64,000 nucleotides of DNA, taken from positions 150,350,001-150,414,000 of the forward strand of contig NC_083224.1 of assembly GCF_032191835.1 (NCBI RefSeq), read 5' to 3'. Source of the stretch: Heteronotia binoei. Its lineage: Eukaryota. Position numbers and translations under genes: made by a program. Under the pieces are notes generated by a model. That model saw only the letters and a list, made by a program, of their open reading frames with translations, did not search any database and had not been told where the DNA came from. Below, in pieces: positions 60,461 to 64,000 of the stretch (its first letter is position 1; every line of letters begins with the position of its first letter).

Positions 60461-61396
60461 AAAGGCTACCATCTGCATGGCTTGAGAGTTGGGAGTTTTT
60501 GTCTTGTCCCACAATCCACCATGCCCATCATGTTCCATTCATGAGTACACAACTAGACTCTTCCCTTGACTCATTATGTAATATTCTGCCCCACCAGCCA
60601 TTTAACAAGTTCTGTTTTGTTAATTGCCAGAAGGCCATGATAAGTGGCTCTCTCTCTGTGCCTCAGAAAAACTAGCAATCCTCTTTTATTTGGTTCCTAA
60701 ATACTAAAGATAATTGAAGCCACCTGACCACTGGCTGCTTTTGTGTTTTTTTAAATGTCTAGGCTCTATTAACTTTAAACTGCATCTTCCTTTAGCTCAT
60801 TTCTATGAAGCAGTAATTCAACAGAATTCTTACTCCACTCACCGCTAGACTCACCCTAGCCATACACCCTAGCCATACTCATCGCTAGGCTCACTAGCCA
60901 TACTCCTCAATTTGTGCTGTTTTACGATTCCAAATGCTTCCTATCCTTTTTCAAGGAGACTCATATGTATTCTTCCTTCCTCTCTAGGAAAAACACTGTG
61001 GGGAAACTTCCAATATTGCAAAAGTACTTTGGCAAGCAATTTAGCAGTGAGGGAGGGGAGGGGGATCTTGAACATGGCTAAAGATCTGGGATGGAAGGAA
61101 TAAATTTTCCCCATCCCTCACCGTTTCTCTGACTAAAAGTGTGTCACACCTATTCTACTTTAAGCTGTTGCCCAAGAGTGTCAAACTTACAGCCCATGGG
61201 TAGGAACTGGCCTGCCCATTACTTTAATCCAACCCACAGCGCTCTTCTTTCCCCCCACCACTTCTCCTCACCCTTTGAAGTTGGAGGCTGCCAAGTTCCC
61301 AACTCCTTCAGCCTTGTCTTTGCCTGCTTTGACAGGAAGCTCTTCTGAGCTTGCAAAGTTGCAAAGAAAATGCAGAATGGATTTTCCATCACAGTA

Positions 61397-61871
61397 TCTG
61401 CACCCAGATAGACTACTGTAGGACTGTTTCTAGAAACAGAAACAGTGCTCTGGGCCTATAATGACAGAGTGCCAGGGCTTTTTTTTTTTTTTTTTTAGCA
61501 GGAATGCAAGTCCGGCTGACTTGCTGTCGGGGGTGTGGCCTTATATGCAAGTGAGTTCCTGCTGGACTTTTTCTACAAAAAAGCCCTCTGCGAAACAATG
61601 GTGACATCAGGGGGCATGGGCTAATATGCAAATAAATTTCTGCTGCACTTTTTCTACCCCCCCCCCCCCAAAAAAAAGCCCTGCAGAACGCAGAATGGAA
61701 TGATGGTCCTTGGGAGTAGCAGCAGAGTTCAGGGAATGTAATTCTACTTTGGGAATGTAATTCCACTCTGGGGGCCATCATTCTAATCCCAGAACACTTC
61801 TATTCCCAGAGACTGTCATTTCACTCTGTGGGCTTTCATTCCAGTCCCAGAGTAGTCTATCTGGGCCCAGA
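61397..61871. mobile_element. Tc1/mariner-type MITE (TA TSD) containing a nested hAT MITE
   Basis: TA|tctgcacccagatagactact ... agtagtctatctgggcccaga|TA. Confidence 0.7.
61473..61683. mobile_element. hAT MITE (cagggctttttt family)
   Basis: cagggcttttt ... aaaaaagccctg; flanks cagagtgc / cagaacgc (6/8 match). Confidence 0.8.
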
Positions 61872-63957
61872 TAGATGGATTATTAATGGAAAATACATTT
61901 CGCATTTTCCTTGCCACTTTAAGCCGCTATACAATGGATTGGAGCTAAAGTAATTTCACCAGTTTTGTGTGCTGCTGAAGCTGTTCCTTGCTGGAGTTGT
62001 CTCCTTGCAAATAAATATTTTGGGCCAGCTTGTCTCTGCTGAATGGACCTAAGAATGGGCGCCTGAGTATTTTAACCTGGGAATCCACAGCCAAAGGGGG
62101 ATATTACACTGGCCAGCCATTGCTAATCATAGTAGACCCACAGGGAGGGGGAAGAGAAGCTTGCAGTGTCCAGCCATTTCATGTTCTCCTACACTCCTAG
62201 CATTTGATATTTTTAGTTTCTGTTTTTAGTATTACATTTTATGACATGCATGGCCCAGCCCCACAAAGTCCCATTTATGTCAGATCTGGCCCTTGTAACA
62301 AATGAGTTCAACACATCAACTCTAGACGGTCATTTTTTTCCCTTACTAGCAGCGGCTTAAAACTACCCAAGGGCATCAGGTAAATGATTTGTGAAGAAAG
62401 TCCTTTTCACCACTGCCACAGCCCCTGTTCAGATCCTACCACCCTGCCTGTGGTTGCTTTTTAAGGCCACGCTACTGGTCTGGTGTTCCAGTCACAGAAT
62501 TCCAGCATCCTGTGTGTTGTGGCCCTATAGAACCAGACAACAGGAGTTTTCCCACCTCTATTCTGAAGTTGTAAATCCCAGACACAGGGACATCACCACT
62601 GGCTTCTCATCTGTCTGATCCAGTCTAGGCAAGTGCCATACCTCGTCTATATTCTGTACAACATCTAGGAATCTAATAGTGCTAAATTAAAGTAATAACA
62701 GTCCTATAAAAAACAGTGATTCTGTGAGCAAGTGAACAGTACACATTTCCCTATATAGGCTTGGCTGAAAGGCATTGTTATTAGAGCTCTTTGCTCAAGA
62801 AAAATAAATCTAATTTTTGTACACATTTGATGTAAAAGAAATATACAAAAAAGGCAGAGATATGAAAGAAAACTCAGTGGAATACAAAATTTGATGTAAC
62901 AAATGTCTGGGTAGTTCCACTTACATCAACACTGGGGGAGGGGGCTAGCAGGATTGTGGAATTCCTAATAACACCATCTAAAGCCGGTGTTACCTGGGGA
63001 TTTAGATGAATGAGCAGGAAATGGAGTTGCAGAACGCGAGCTAAATAGACTCAACTAAAAAGGGTAAGTTCCATAGTTAGAATTTCAAACATCGTTTTTC
63101 TTCAACCAGCTAAAATATAAAATTGTTAAGTCTCACTTGGTATCATAGCATCCATCACGGACACTTTGAAGCAAAGCTATTATTTGTGATCTCCCCATTC
63201 ATGTTATTCTTCACCCTTCCACTATTTGAATACCTCTTGCTCTGGTGCTGATACAATGAATCTCCCAGCAGGGAACTCCAGCCCTCAAAATCTGTCTATC
63301 AATTACCATGATCAGCTCACTTGAGCCCCAACATAATTTCTCCTAAGAGGGAAAAAAAGAAAAGCTGAAGATGCCCAGGGGTGACAAGAAAAACGGTGAA
63401 AACCTTACAATAAAAACACAAACAGGAAAATTCATGCAACGTTTTAACAATATTGCTATTGTCCTATAAACTGTGACAAGGCTTCAAAAATCTTCACAAC
63501 TTCTTTGGAGTGTGCGAGAGGGAAGGGGGATGAGGATTTCTTAAACAGCATCTCACTATTTAGCAAGTTACTTTTTTCACTTAAGGGAAGTCGCCACAGT
63601 GGTTTGTGATGCGGTATGTCCAGTGTGTACCTCTTGAACAGTGAAATCCTAAGCTAAGTAACATTGTTCTAAGTCTATTGAAGTCAATAGGCTTAGAAAG
63701 GTGCTTCAGACTGCGCTGAAAGAAGCCAAAAATCTTCACTGACCAAGACAGGTCTTTGAACCCAGCCATAAATCTGTTTGGCCAAAATCAAAGGTGAATG
63801 CTTTTGCCTCTCACTTCTTTGGAAACTCAGTACTGCAGCCCTGCCACCTGCTGGGGAGGAAGACAATACCTACATTTTTCATACGTATAGTTGCAGCAAC
63901 AAGATGAAAACAAAAAGAAACACAAACTGAACAATAAAAACAAAGTTATACAAATGA

Positions 63958-64000
63958 ACTATTATTTATTATTTATTTATTTACTTTATTTATACCCCAC
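63958..64000 (-). repeat. (TTTA)n tail, probably the 3' end of a minus-strand SINE or LINE continuing past the window
   Basis: ttatttattatttatttatttactttatttatacccca resembles the tails of the SINEs at 46512 and 50338. Confidence 0.5.

Noticed and set aside
62925-63065. Exon candidates on either strand (minus 62925-63040; plus donor at 63064)
   Set aside because: Competing upstream AG, stops in the plus-strand frames, and no recognisable peptide.

Overview
Vertebrate non-coding DNA (intronic or intergenic). The repeat content points to a squamate reptile, probably a gecko; this is inferred from recalled Sauria-SINE, 5S-SINE and hAT MITE families. No host protein-coding gene can be identified with confidence; there is one weak candidate exon at 1754-1918 (-). 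Most of the short ORFs in the track are chance frames. The window is dominated by nested transposable elements. (1) A 5.2-kb tyrosine-recombinase retrotransposon of the DIRS/Ngaro type (27742-32937, +) with gag, RT/RNase H, YR and a fourth ORF encoding an SGNH hydrolase, inserted without a TSD into a hAT MITE. (2) A near full-length but disrupted L1 (about 34010-38800, -). (3) A 5'-truncated L2 (about 46512-49290, -). (4) CR1 fragments, a solo LTR, tRNA- and 5S-derived SINEs, many hAT MITEs with 8-bp TSDs, a Harbinger-like and a Tc1/mariner-like MITE, several long fold-back palindromes, a 193-bp local duplication and a 36-nt U2 snRNA retrocopy with a TSD. The most interesting system is the hydrolase-bearing Ngaro element: its ATG-less SGNH ORF sits behind a strong splice acceptor that is phase-compatible with a donor in gag, and its terminal structure suggests loss of the split direct repeats by recombination. 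All family names come from motif recognition and memory, not from database searches.
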